Source: Candidatus Omnitrophota bacterium
Lineage (GTDB): Bacteria > Omnitrophota > Gorgyraeia > Duberdicusellales > 4484-171
Assembly: GCA_016935525.1 (NCBI GenBank)
Contig: JAFGQU010000002.1
Coordinates: 34,560-98,559 of the forward strand
Direction of reading: 5' to 3'
Length of the DNA stretch: 64,000 nt
The notes under the pieces were generated by a model. It was given only the letters and a program-made list of their open reading frames with translations. It was not told the origin of the DNA and made no database searches. Position 1 is the stretch's first letter; each line of letters opens with the position of its first letter. Positions 28,566 to 39,264 of the stretch are shown one piece after another. A program made the position numbers and the translations under genes.

Positions 28566-30033
28566 AAAAAGTTTTTGGTAGATAATAGAAATATTTTCTA
28601 TAGTATCTTCTGCGGGGAATATCCAGACGCTCCCGGGAAAACATCATATAAGGATATTCAATACATGCCGGATTTATCATCGGCAAGAAACGATATAATC
28701 TATGACGCACACACCAACGGAATATTCTCAGGGATAAAAAATGGTATAACACGAACAATAAATGGAACCTCTTTTTTTCTTTTGCCAGTCCCGGATCAAC
28801 CAAGGTGTTCGCATTTTCACAAGGGCACTCCTCCAGTTCTCTTATCTTTTGAGCATTAAGGACATCCTGTTTTTCGGCAATATCGACAATCGAAGTACCA
28901 GGATAATATTTCAACCAAAAGATACATATCCGATCGGGCCGATGTTGCCCGTAAAATTCTGCCATTTCAATCAAATCGCCGGTTGTTTCTCCGGGATATC
29001 CAATAATATTATCAACCACTATCCGCAACCGATAACTACGACATACCTCAATCGCTTTTATAATCTGTTCATTAGTGGTCATCCGCTGGAAAATACGTTG
29101 ACGGACATCAGGATTTACGCTCTGAACCCCCATACATAACTGATAGCATCCCCCTTGTTTCAAAAGCGAAATGGTCTCTTCGTCAATCGTGGAAGGAGAG
29201 CCAAAACAGTAAAAAGGTACGTTTATTTCTTTACGATAGCAAGCCACAAACTCTCTTAACCACGGGGTGTGGTAAGTAAACAGATCATCATTGATCCTTA
29301 ATAATTTAAAACGATATTTCTGTTTAGCGGCCCTTAATTCTTCCATTACGTTATCGACACTGCGTAATCTTATCCGCTTTGGCTCTTTACTGTACACCCG
29401 GTCCAGCACGGAATGGTGACAATAAGAACAACGGTTAAGACAACCCCGGCGAGTAATCAGAGTATAACCATGGTGGTAACCGGGGATTTCACGATAATAC
29501 AACTCTTTGTCCGGAAAAGGAAGGCTATCAAGATCAGCTATGAGTGGACGCACCGGATTAGAAATAATTTGTTTCTCTTTTTTCAACCATACATTGGGTA
29601 TTGAGTAATCAATCTTCCCTGATGCTAAAGATTGAACTAATTCTAGAAATGCGTACTCCCCTTCTCCGACGATAACTGAATCCACACATTCCTGTAAAAT
29701 GACTTTGTCCGGGACAGAAGAAGGATGAATCCCCCCCATGGTGATATGGACCGGTAAAGAAGCCTTTATTTTCTTTGCCAGATCGAGGGCCCAAAGATAA
29801 TTGGCACTCACGACGGAAAAAGCTATCAGTTGAGGTTGAAAATCTTCGATCTGTTTCAATAGTATCCGTTCGGAATTGAACAATCCGCTCAAGAAACCGC
29901 ATTTAAAAAAAGGATCCCGAAAAAGCTGAGGATCGAAGGCAAGACGGGTTTCTACCCCACAATCGAGTAGCATCGCAGAAAGGTATTCAATACCTATATT
30001 TTCAAATCCCGGATATACGAACATTACTTTCAT
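28531..30033 (-). CDS. B12-binding-domain radical SAM protein
   Basis: GIEYLSA, MGGIHPS, GEGE, RRGCLNRCSYC, DDLF, GVQS, GYPGET. Confidence 0.9.
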   Translation of the reverse strand: MKVMFVYPGFENIGIEYLSAMLLDCGVETRLAFDPQLFRDPFFKCGFLSGLFNSERILLKQIEDFQPQLIAFSVVSANYLWALDLAKKIKASLPVHITMGGIHPSSVPDKVILQECVDSVIVGEGEYAFLELVQSLASGKIDYSIPNVWLKKEKQIISNPVRPLIADLDSLPFPDKELYYREIPGYHHGYTLITRRGCLNRCSYCHHSVLDRVYSKEPKRIRLRSVDNVMEELRAAKQKYRFKLLRINDDLFTYHTPWLREFVACYRKEINVPFYCFGSPSTIDEETISLLKQGGCYQLCMGVQSVNPDVRQRIFQRMTTNEQIIKAIEVCRSYRLRIVVDNIIGYPGETTGDLIEMAEFYGQHRPDRICIFWLKYYPGTSIVDIAEKQDVLNAQKIRELEECPCENANTLVDPGLAKEKKRFHLLFVLYHFLSLRIFRWCVRHRLYRFLPMINPACIEYPYMMFSRERLDIPRRRYYRKYFYYLPKTFYANIKKRFTIR

Positions 30034-30046
30034 CGCTCTTTTTAGC

Positions 30047-31045
30047 TTATAGATATTGCGCTGCGTCGAAAATCGCGCTTAGTTTTCCTGAATAGATAAG
30101 ATTTAACTCTAACGTGGAGGTACACGCACAATAATCACACCCGGCAATCGGCATACTTTCTATGATCTCTTTTAAAGATTTGGATGACTGAAAATACTCC
30201 ACGGGTAAATTCGTTTTCTTTGACATCATCCCCGAACAACAATAGAAACTGCCCACCGGGTCGATACGGAAAAACATTCTACCGGCACAACAAGCCATCG
30301 GTCTATAATGAGGATAGTCACTTAAATACCCGAGACCTGCCTGAGAATTCACTATAGTCCGCCCATACCCTTTCTTTTTCATCTGGATAAGCTGAGAGAT
30401 CGTATCCTTGAAATTCTCCGGCGAAGGAATATATTCTTTTATATCCTTATCTCCGCTGAGCAACATATTTACCGGCTGGAATTTCACTGTAATCCCTAAA
30501 CTATAGGCAAGTTCTACCAGATACCCCGCATACTCTAGATTTTTTCTGGTCAAAGTCGTATTCAAAGAAACACGAATACCATATTTTCGGGCTACCTTTA
30601 CCGCTCCGATAACCTCATCATAATGCCCTTCTCTATTGCGCAGTATGTCATTGATCGAAGCCGGCCCATCGAGACTTATTTTTACAAGGTCTACTTTCTT
30701 CAGCCAATCTAATCTTTCCGCGAATAATATGCCGTTAGTAAGAATCCCCAATGTGATATTTTTATTTTTACAATGCTCAATAATCACACCTAAATCTTCA
30801 CGTAAGAGCGGTTCTCCGCCGCCGAAATGGATATGCCTTAGGCCTAAAGCTGCCAGATCGTCAATAATATAAAGGATATCTTCAGTCGATAACTGCGCGG
30901 ACCAATGATGCATCACATCGCAATAGAGACAAGAACAATTACATTGATGGGTGATATCCCACCCTATGAATAAAGGGACTCTTTTTTTCAACAATTTTAC
31001 CCGCAGCAGGTTTTGTACATAAGGAAATATTTTTTTTATTCTCAT
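30047..31045 (-). CDS. Radical SAM protein with C-terminal Cys-rich (twitch/SPASM-like) domain
   Basis: CNCSCLYC, GGGEP, TNG, ISLDG; C-terminal CCAG...CC...CDYCAC. Start at the ATGA overlap, 31045. Confidence 0.9.
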   Translation of the reverse strand: MRIKKIFPYVQNLLRVKLLKKRVPLFIGWDITHQCNCSCLYCDVMHHWSAQLSTEDILYIIDDLAALGLRHIHFGGGEPLLREDLGVIIEHCKNKNITLGILTNGILFAERLDWLKKVDLVKISLDGPASINDILRNREGHYDEVIGAVKVARKYGIRVSLNTTLTRKNLEYAGYLVELAYSLGITVKFQPVNMLLSGDKDIKEYIPSPENFKDTISQLIQMKKKGYGRTIVNSQAGLGYLSDYPHYRPMACCAGRMFFRIDPVGSFYCCSGMMSKKTNLPVEYFQSSKSLKEIIESMPIAGCDYCACTSTLELNLIYSGKLSAIFDAAQYL

Positions 31046-32037
31046 ACTACTTTCCTTAATACCATCCTCCCGGTATTCCAAATCGCTTCCGGATGCAATC
31101 CGTATAAGAGGCTCATTTCCACCCGCTGCGCACACCAGCAGGAAGAACAATGGCCAGCAACAAGTCGTTGAAATGCTTCAGCCACCCCATTATCGACAAT
31201 ATTTATCCTGGTTTTCTGGTTCCGGTTGCACACACATACATCTCCCGAACTCTGCACGCGACAGGAAAAATAGTCCGCCCTACAGCGCAAGGGATAAGGT
31301 CCCGGCCAATGGGCAAAATGGCGTAAACATGCCGATGAATTGGTAATATATATATTTTTTTTCTTAAGAATAAGCAATTTTTTTATCGCCGCGCTATATT
31401 CTTCAAAAGAAGGAAGTAAAGGATTGTCTTGATGAGCACAATACAGTAAAGATGTAGTAAGCGGCTGAAAGGTTATTGTTGCTTGATACGACTGTGCTGT
31501 CGTTAACAAAAAATCGATTTGATCCAAGTTTAAGCGGGTCAAGGTCGCCGCGAAATTCAAAGGGATATTATGCCGCCGGGCACATTCAGCGGCTTCTAAA
31601 ACCTTATCGTAAGACCCTTCCTGCCGGATCGTATCATGAACCGACCGATTTCCCTCTATACTAAGACTTAACAGATCTACTTTTTGCAAAGAATCGATCT
31701 TTTTTTTCACATCCCATCCGTTCGAACTCACCGAAACATATATGCCTTTCTTTTTACAGTACGCGATGATCTTTCCAAGATCATCGCGCAGGAGCGGTTC
31801 GCCGCCGGTAAAAGAAATAAACCGGGTCCCTAATTGAAAGAAATCTACGATTTTTTCGATAACAACATCGGTAGATAACTCTTTCTGAGGGGTTTCCCAG
31901 ACTCCACAATATACACAACGCAGATTACAACGGGAGGTCAGGGCCCAACTTACCAAAAGGGGGATCTTTTTCCCGCAAAACTTGACTTTACTCAAAGTGA
32001 TCAGCAATTTCAATATGTCATTGTATTTCATTTTCAC
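31042..32037 (-). CDS. Radical SAM protein, tandem paralog of 30047-31045
   Basis: CNLRCVYC, TGGEP, SNG; C-terminal C...CVC...CSSCWC. Confidence 0.9.
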   Translation of the reverse strand: MKMKYNDILKLLITLSKVKFCGKKIPLLVSWALTSRCNLRCVYCGVWETPQKELSTDVVIEKIVDFFQLGTRFISFTGGEPLLRDDLGKIIAYCKKKGIYVSVSSNGWDVKKKIDSLQKVDLLSLSIEGNRSVHDTIRQEGSYDKVLEAAECARRHNIPLNFAATLTRLNLDQIDFLLTTAQSYQATITFQPLTTSLLYCAHQDNPLLPSFEEYSAAIKKLLILKKKNIYITNSSACLRHFAHWPGPYPLRCRADYFSCRVQSSGDVCVCNRNQKTRINIVDNGVAEAFQRLVAGHCSSCWCAQRVEMSLLYGLHPEAIWNTGRMVLRKVV

Positions 32038-32113
32038 TATAATTCACCATTGACCGGATGTGGTATATATTATTCCGAAAATCAAACCGGGATCTGCATA
32101 TTGGATCTTTGAA

Positions 32114-34006
32114 TTAGATCTTTATGTTATACCTCTCCGCCCAAAGATAAAAACAAAGTAACCCGAAAATCTTCCAACTATGGTCTTCCTGCCGGAGACG
32201 ATGCTGACGCAACAAAATTTCAATGTACTTACGCTGAAATACCTGCCCGGTTAATTTAGATGAAAAGAAAACTTCTTCTGCTGTCTTGCCCCAATCATTA
32301 CGGATCCATAAAGATAACGGGGTAGTAAACCCCCGCTTAGGCCTGTGGATAATCTTATGAGGTATTTTCCCCGCCATTATTCTCTTAAAAATATATTTCG
32401 TAGTAAACCGATGCAATTTCATCTCTAAGGGCAGATGTGCGCAAAAGGCGACAAGCCGATGGTCCAAAAAAGGCACACGACTCATTAATGAGAACGCCGA
32501 AGTCATGCTGTCTAACCGTTTGAGCATTGAAAGCAGCAGGATTTTTTGATCGGCATAAAGGACTTTCTCGAGGATAGAGGCATCTTCTCTTTTCCTATAA
32601 TAAAAGTCATAGAGAGAAAAAGGATCATAATTTCCCATTCTCTCGGTTATCGCGGGACAGCATAACTGTTCTCTTTCAAAACCAGAAAACACTTCCCGCC
32701 AGAAAAAATGGGCGCGACCTAAAGGATACTGCGTTCCTTGTAAGAATCTCTTTAATTTAAACCTCATTCCCCAAGGATTATCCCCAAGAAGACACCGAAT
32801 ATCCAAAATCTTATGTACATATTGTAAGCCGGCTGGGGATAAAAAACGGCTCAACATGCACAGCAATTTATCCGCTACATAGGTATCATATCCGGCAAGA
32901 ATCTCATCAGCGCCGGTTCCGACAAAAAGGATCTTAACCGATTGGCTTGCGAATTGGGATATAAAATAGGTGGGGATAATACTGGGGTCTGCGATCAGAT
33001 CGCTATTATGTTTCATGAGCGTTTGAAGCGTATGGATATCTACATCTGCCGAAGAGATAACGATTTCATGGTGATCGGTTTTTAATTGACGGGAAAACCA
33101 TTGAGCATACCTTCGGTTATCATCAAATTTTTTCTCTCTAAAGCCTAAAGAAAAGGTGGAAAGCGGCCTTGAATCTTGATCAAGGAAATAGCTTATCGCC
33201 GAAGAATCGATCCCTCCGCTTAATAAAACCCCCTGTTGGGGCACTCCAATAGTCCTTTTATGGACAGCATCTTCTAAAAGGCATTCAAATCGTTCTTCGT
33301 ACTGTTTCTTTTGGGTGTACTCTTTTTTTTCGTTTTCCAGAATATCCCAGTATTGCACTTTACGCATCTCTTCTGGAGAAAACGACACATATGTCCCCGG
33401 TTCAAGCTGATGGATACCTTTAAATAACGTCAACGGGCCCGGCACATAATTAAGAGAAAGATATTGGGCGAATGCCGTATAATCTAACTCTCGCGGTATC
33501 TGTTGGTTGCATAACAATGCGCTGATTTCTGAAGCGAAAAAGAGTGATTGATGACGACGATAATAATAAAGAGGTTTCACTCCCAAATGGTCACGCGCCA
33601 TGTATAACACATTTTTAAATTTATCGAAAAGGCAAAAAGAAAATATACCGTTAAAACGGCCCACACATCCTTCCCCCCATTCTTTATAACTGTTTAATAT
33701 CACCTCTGTATCTGAATCCGATTCGAATGCATATCCTTTACGTTGTAATATTTCTCTGATTTCTCGATAATTATATAGTTCTCCGTTATATACCAGGATG
33801 GTCTTTTCGGCCCGATCACACATTGGCTGTTGGCCTCCGGAAGAACCGATAGTAACCAGCCGAGAATGTACGGCAGCGAACGAATTGGTAGAGAAAATAC
33901 CAATTTCATCTGTCCCCCGATGGGCTATGGCCTGAGACATTTCTCGCACCTGAAATGTTGTGGCTGGAGATCGCTCAAAATCGATATACCCGGCAAATCC
34001 ACACAT
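32114..34006 (-). CDS. asnB: Asparagine synthetase-like glutamine amidotransferase
   Basis: N-terminal Cys2 (MCG), NGELYNY, ARDHLGVKPLYY, LSGGIDSS, GADE, RVPFLD, KRGF. Confidence 0.9.
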   Translation of the reverse strand: MCGFAGYIDFERSPATTFQVREMSQAIAHRGTDEIGIFSTNSFAAVHSRLVTIGSSGGQQPMCDRAEKTILVYNGELYNYREIREILQRKGYAFESDSDTEVILNSYKEWGEGCVGRFNGIFSFCLFDKFKNVLYMARDHLGVKPLYYYRRHQSLFFASEISALLCNQQIPRELDYTAFAQYLSLNYVPGPLTLFKGIHQLEPGTYVSFSPEEMRKVQYWDILENEKKEYTQKKQYEERFECLLEDAVHKRTIGVPQQGVLLSGGIDSSAISYFLDQDSRPLSTFSLGFREKKFDDNRRYAQWFSRQLKTDHHEIVISSADVDIHTLQTLMKHNSDLIADPSIIPTYFISQFASQSVKILFVGTGADEILAGYDTYVADKLLCMLSRFLSPAGLQYVHKILDIRCLLGDNPWGMRFKLKRFLQGTQYPLGRAHFFWREVFSGFEREQLCCPAITERMGNYDPFSLYDFYYRKREDASILEKVLYADQKILLLSMLKRLDSMTSAFSLMSRVPFLDHRLVAFCAHLPLEMKLHRFTTKYIFKRIMAGKIPHKIIHRPKRGFTTPLSLWIRNDWGKTAEEVFFSSKLTGQVFQRKYIEILLRQHRLRQEDHSWKIFGLLCFYLWAERYNIKI

Positions 34007-34277
34007 AATTATTTTTTAATGTGCATATGAGAAATCACTGAGGAAGGGCTTTCCCGGTAAAAAAAGGCAATATAACGGCATTCAAGAAAAAAACCTTGAC
34101 GGTTAATAAAAAAATCCACACATCCTCCCGTTTCAACAAAAACCATATGCCATCATAGTATCAATGAGATGAAATTGGAATGTGCCTATTGATTGATTTA
34201 AACCGGTATGAGCAGAAACCAACAAAATTCGTGAGGTACTATTTTCCTTATATCATCCGGTATATGTTCCTAAAAGA

Positions 34278-36005
34278 TTAATTGTCGTTGGGATTATTAT
34301 GGATTTTCTTCTCTTTAATTTCTCTCAAGAGGTCGGCGTAACCTTTATCAATTCCCTCTAATGTGTTAATAACGCCTGGCAAGCGATTCAGATATTCATC
34401 AGAAGTGCTGTGAGCGTATATGATTCCCAATAAAAAATACCCATCAGGGTGAGTGGGGGCGATCTTAATCGCTTCTTGATAGGATTTTACCGCAGGTTCG
34501 GTCTCTCCCACACGCGCATATATATTCCCTAATCCGATATGCCCAGCGATGTTTGAATGGTCTAACGCGACCGCTTTCTGGAAATACTCTTTGGCTTTCG
34601 TAAAATCTTCCCGGCCGAAATAGAATTCACCGATCCGGGTGTACACGCCGGCATCTTCATATCCTAATGACGCTGCTTTTTCAAAATGTTCAAGGGCAGA
34701 TTCTAACTGGCCTTCGGTCAAATAGACATGGCCCAAATTCATATGGGTAGCCGCATTCTCTTGATCGAACTGAATGCTTTTTTGATAGTATTTTTTTGCT
34801 TCGGGAAGGTCGTTTTTCTGCTGATACAGATCGCCCAGACTCCGATAGAGTCCCGCGTTATTTTGATCCTGCGTGAGCCCCTGACGATAATATTCTTCGC
34901 ATTTCTCGATATTTCCGGTCCGCTTATAAAGATTCCCTAAAATACTATACAGATTAGGATCTTTGGGATTGAGCGGTAACGCTTTTTCAAAATATCCAAT
35001 AGCCTTCTCCCATGCTTCTTTTTGGACATAGATATCCCCCAGCTCAAAATAAGCGGTATAATTATCCCCGGCTACGTCGAGCGCCCTCTGGAAAGAAGCT
35101 ATAGCCTCTTGGAAATTGCCTTTGCGCTTGTAGAGCTCCCCCAAACGGGTAGGGATGTCCTCCCGGGATACATTCAACTCCTGCGCTTTTTTAAAATATT
35201 GTATTGCTGTTTCTGTATTGTGTAACTTATCGTATATGTCTCCCAGAACGAAAAGGATCTCCTCACTATCTCCCTGAATCTTATAAGCTTTATGAAAAAA
35301 ATCGGCGGCTTTTTCAAATTCACCGCTCTGTTTATATAAATTGCCGATATGAAAATAAATATCCGCATTCTCCCGGTCAAGTGAAAGTAAATGTTCATAA
35401 TAGACAATTGCATTTTTGATATCACCTTTTTGCAGATAAAAATCTCCTAAAATATAATAGGTACGCGGATAGGTTGGGTCTATTTGAAGAGATTTTTCGT
35501 AAAAGTATATCGCCCGGTCAAGATCGTTCCGATCCCGGTACTCATCTCCTACTTCCTGGAACAGATTTCTTACTTCATCATATCTACCGGAATCATGAGG
35601 ATCATCTAATAAACTGATCCCTTGAGAGTAGTACTCGAGAGCTTTCTCTTTTTCCTTAAGCTCATAATACATATCGGCAATATGTATGTAAAGATGCGGG
35701 TTATTCTGTTCGAGTTGCAGTATCTTTCGCCCGTAATCAAGAGCTTTGCGATATTCCTTTTGAGCCCGGTATGCTTCCATCAAAGAATAATACGCCGGAA
35801 TATAATCATCCTCTAGCTTAAGCGCCTCATTATAATATTTTATCGCTCCCGGAAAATCGCCCTGCTTAAACGCGGCTTCTCCCAACACGACCAGCTCTCG
35901 ATGTGTGTTCTGAACAACCACATACGGTTTTTTCTCCGGCTCGCACCCCGCGATAATAATGAATAACACAAAGGCTAACGTTATTCTCGTTACAAACGGG
36001 ACCAT
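34278..36005 (-). CDS. TPR-repeat lipoprotein
   Basis: Signal peptide with lipobox IAGC; more than a dozen 34-aa TPR units (LG.LY...G....A..Y..A). Confidence 0.88.
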   Translation of the reverse strand: MVPFVTRITLAFVLFIIIAGCEPEKKPYVVVQNTHRELVVLGEAAFKQGDFPGAIKYYNEALKLEDDYIPAYYSLMEAYRAQKEYRKALDYGRKILQLEQNNPHLYIHIADMYYELKEKEKALEYYSQGISLLDDPHDSGRYDEVRNLFQEVGDEYRDRNDLDRAIYFYEKSLQIDPTYPRTYYILGDFYLQKGDIKNAIVYYEHLLSLDRENADIYFHIGNLYKQSGEFEKAADFFHKAYKIQGDSEEILFVLGDIYDKLHNTETAIQYFKKAQELNVSREDIPTRLGELYKRKGNFQEAIASFQRALDVAGDNYTAYFELGDIYVQKEAWEKAIGYFEKALPLNPKDPNLYSILGNLYKRTGNIEKCEEYYRQGLTQDQNNAGLYRSLGDLYQQKNDLPEAKKYYQKSIQFDQENAATHMNLGHVYLTEGQLESALEHFEKAASLGYEDAGVYTRIGEFYFGREDFTKAKEYFQKAVALDHSNIAGHIGLGNIYARVGETEPAVKSYQEAIKIAPTHPDGYFLLGIIYAHSTSDEYLNRLPGVINTLEGIDKGYADLLREIKEKKIHNNPNDN

Positions 36006-36069
36006 TGATCTCTTCTTTTTTGGCCTATAGTTTTATCTTCTTTTCTATGTTCGGTCATTGCGCTCATTT

Positions 36070-37419
36070 TTATCGGCTGCTATTTTTCTGAAGGATACGT
36101 ACCTGACCCAAATACCTCTCTAAATCGGCCGGCGACAATTCACCGGTGCCGGCCACAGCCCTGATATTCCCATTATACTGCGACCAATCCCTTGTCTTCA
36201 ACAGATTGTTTTGTTTAAGATCATTATAAAGCTCGGTCCCCGGAAAAGGAGTAGCTAAGGAAAATTGAACTGAATCCGGATCAACCTGCCTGAGAAAACA
36301 GAGAGATTCCTGTATGGTATGGGGGGTTTCCCCGGGGAGCCCCAGACAAAATGTAAGATGCACCCGAATACCTATTTTTTTTGTTTCTTTTACGATCTTC
36401 CGGCATCGTTCTATATCCATATTTTTCTTACAGCGCCTTAATATCTCAATATTGGCAGATTCAATGCCGTATTTTATTGCATACATCCCCGCCTCCCGCA
36501 TCTCACGTAGGAGCTCCTGATCCATAAGATCGGCCCGGGCCATCGCGGCCCAGGGAATATGTATCCCGCGTTTCTTTATCTCGTTACAAATTTCCACTAC
36601 ATACGGCTTATTCACGTTAAACGTGTCGTCATCAAAATATACCGCCTTAAAATCATAGGTTCGGATAAGCCACTCCAACTCATCGATAACCAATCGCGGA
36701 TCCCTGCGGCGATGGACATGTTCCTGATACATGACCTGGGGCCAAAGACAAAAAGTACAGCGAAACGGGCACCCGCGGCTCGCAAGCATTTGCACGTGAG
36801 GTTCGGGCAGCCCGCAAAAACCATCATTATAATTATAAAGAGGGACATCTTCTCTTTCCGGCCAGGGTAATCTATCCAGATCTTTTAAAGTCGGCCCCGG
36901 CCGGTTGATCCGTATTTCTCGGCCCTGGCGATACGCGACCCCTTCGGTATATTGAATATCTCTTTTTTGTTCTAACGCGTCGGCTAACCCGGCAGCCGCA
37001 AGTTCGTACTCCCCCATAAGAACATAATCAATAACCGGGTGGGTCGTGAGAATATCCCGGGCATATACCGTAGCGTGCGGGCCGACACACACACAAATCG
37101 TGTCAAGGCGCTCTTTAATCCTTAACGCAATACCGATATCATGTTCAAAACTGGGAGTCGACGTCTCGGCAATAATCATCTGAGGCTTATACCTCACAAC
37201 CCTTTCCAGAAAAGACTCCTCATCAAGGCTTTCGGCGATCGCATCGATCATTTTTACCTGATATCCGTTCCGTTTCAAATAAGAAGCCGTATAAGCGAGA
37301 AAAAAAGGAAAAGGGAGGTATGTTGCCGGGCCTTGCGCGGTGAACGGCCAGCGGGATCCCGCTCTTACTCCGCATTGACCCTCAACACACCAGGGGAAAT
37401 TTGCTATAAGGATCCTCAT
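36070..37419 (-). CDS. B12-binding-domain radical SAM protein (HpnJ-like N-terminus)
   Basis: RAGSRWP, TSTPS, VGPHAT, ASRGCPFRCTFC, FDDDTF, GIES, GLPGET, TPFPGT. Confidence 0.9.
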   Translation of the reverse strand: MRILIANFPWCVEGQCGVRAGSRWPFTAQGPATYLPFPFFLAYTASYLKRNGYQVKMIDAIAESLDEESFLERVVRYKPQMIIAETSTPSFEHDIGIALRIKERLDTICVCVGPHATVYARDILTTHPVIDYVLMGEYELAAAGLADALEQKRDIQYTEGVAYRQGREIRINRPGPTLKDLDRLPWPEREDVPLYNYNDGFCGLPEPHVQMLASRGCPFRCTFCLWPQVMYQEHVHRRRDPRLVIDELEWLIRTYDFKAVYFDDDTFNVNKPYVVEICNEIKKRGIHIPWAAMARADLMDQELLREMREAGMYAIKYGIESANIEILRRCKKNMDIERCRKIVKETKKIGIRVHLTFCLGLPGETPHTIQESLCFLRQVDPDSVQFSLATPFPGTELYNDLKQNNLLKTRDWSQYNGNIRAVAGTGELSPADLERYLGQVRILQKNSSR

Positions 37420-37889
37420 CTTTTCAGATCAAGTTCTTTCTCGATATTTTCCAAAAACTTCGTAAGTTCATAAAAATTCTGATTCATATCTTTTACGTCG
37501 CAGGCCAATCTTTCAATAATCTGCTGTTTCTCCTGTGATGTGCATTCTATTGTATTCAAATGTCGATGTATCCGCTGAACGTATTCCTCGTAAGGATCAA
37601 ATTTACGGCTTACATCTTCAACCGCATCACGGATTCTTTCCAGAACGAGCTGATTTCTACGGATATCCTCTAAGATCGATAGGTTGTTATTCACCAAAAA
37701 GAAAAGAAATTCTCCTATATTTACGAATAATTTTAAGACCAACGCGCTTATAACACTGCCTCCGATACAAAGTACTGGAATCCACCACGATCTATAAAAA
37801 TACCAGTAACTCATAGAACCTACTATTCCAATACCTAATAATATCCACGCACAGACAGTAACCGCTCTTCCCGTAGGGGTTTTTTTCAT
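37416..37889 (-). CDS. Hypothetical 2-TM protein with C-terminal coiled coil
   Basis: Two hydrophobic helices then a heptad-like tail; SD AGGAGG; stop overlaps the next start. Confidence 0.75.
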   Translation of the reverse strand: MKKTPTGRAVTVCAWILLGIGIVGSMSYWYFYRSWWIPVLCIGGSVISALVLKLFVNIGEFLFFLVNNNLSILEDIRRNQLVLERIRDAVEDVSRKFDPYEEYVQRIHRHLNTIECTSQEKQQIIERLACDVKDMNQNFYELTKFLENIEKELDLKR

Positions 37890-37890
37890 A

Positions 37891-39216
37891 TCATACCTCC
37901 TTTTTGGTCTTCACGACTTGGTTCTGAGATGCTTTTATCAGATTAACCATTTCCGGCAGATAGCTTTCGAGTCGGGACAACCAATCCTGCCAAGAAATGA
38001 ACATACTCCCAAAAAGACCCTTTTCAATCCGGTCATGGTCTTTTTTAAAAAAATCACTCCATTCTTTTTGAAGCACATAGAGCGATAACAATTTATCTTC
38101 AATAAGCAGGATGTCTCCTCCTTTACCGGTAAAAATGCTTTCGGTGATATGGGCTATCAGTACTTTCAAAAAATCGGAATCCGAGAATGTATCTTTCAGT
38201 ACATCCCCGATAAGCAGTAAAAATACAAACACATTTTGAAGCACCCGGCGCCGGGGCACCACAAGGGTCCTGAGCGACTTTCTTGTATCATCAAAATGAT
38301 AAAAGAAAGTAAGATCTAACAAAATCAGGTATAGCACCGGCAAAGAAAGGGTATGATCGATACGTAAAAAGACCTGTTTATCATATCGTATAAAAAGGTA
38401 ATCTTTGAGAGAAAGGATAAAAGGAAGAATCAAGTCGATATAAAGCAGATCTATTCTTTTGTTACGAAAATCTTCTTGTAGGAACCGGGCTCCCAGGCCA
38501 AGGTTTTCCTCCATCTTCACCGAAGGGTCTTTCTCATAGAAACCCTGTTCTTTATGAAAATCGTAATTCCAGCTCCAGAAAGAATGAAAGAGAGAAGATA
38601 TGGTATCTTTTTTTAAATGAAAAACACGGGCCGCCGGCTCGTACATCAATAGATGGTCTTTCTGTTTTAATCTCCGGGATATATCTACATCTTCATAATT
38701 ATTGCGGTAGCGCTCGTCATAGAAACCTACCGAATATAATGCTTTTTTTCTAAACACATTGTTGGAACCGAACAGAAACGGGACCGAATCATCTTTTTGT
38801 TCTCCCCACTCCTGTTTCATATGGACTGCCCGCCACCGGTCCACGGGATCATGAGCATACGATTCCAGCAACCGTCCGCCGACACCGGCTATTTTCTCAG
38901 AAGAAAAATTCTCCATGAGCCGGCTCAGCCAATCACGCTCCGGTATGCAGTCGGCATCTAACGACGCGATATATTCTCCCCGAAGATTCTGTAAAGCGGT
39001 ATTGCGGGAGGCAACCAGGCCTTTATTAGAAGGATGTTGAATAAGGGTCACCGGGAATTTTCTCACGATATCGGCAGTGCGGTCGGTAGAACCGTCATCA
39101 ACCACTACTATTTCCTCTATGGGATGGTCCTGGACCATGATTGCCTGGAGGCAGCCGGCAATATATTCTTCAGCATTGAAACAGGGAATATACACGGATA
39201 CTTTCATATGAGCCAT
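37891..39216 (-). CDS. GT2 glycosyltransferase with ~200-aa C-terminal extension
   Basis: VSVYIPCFN, VVDDGSTD, SRN, LDADC, GFYDE...EDVD. Confidence 0.88.
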   Translation of the reverse strand: MAHMKVSVYIPCFNAEEYIAGCLQAIMVQDHPIEEIVVVDDGSTDRTADIVRKFPVTLIQHPSNKGLVASRNTALQNLRGEYIASLDADCIPERDWLSRLMENFSSEKIAGVGGRLLESYAHDPVDRWRAVHMKQEWGEQKDDSVPFLFGSNNVFRKKALYSVGFYDERYRNNYEDVDISRRLKQKDHLLMYEPAARVFHLKKDTISSLFHSFWSWNYDFHKEQGFYEKDPSVKMEENLGLGARFLQEDFRNKRIDLLYIDLILPFILSLKDYLFIRYDKQVFLRIDHTLSLPVLYLILLDLTFFYHFDDTRKSLRTLVVPRRRVLQNVFVFLLLIGDVLKDTFSDSDFLKVLIAHITESIFTGKGGDILLIEDKLLSLYVLQKEWSDFFKKDHDRIEKGLFGSMFISWQDWLSRLESYLPEMVNLIKASQNQVVKTKKEV

Positions 39217-39264
39217 GCCCGTCCTATATCATTTCGGTCAAAAACAAAAAGAGAATACAGCGAT

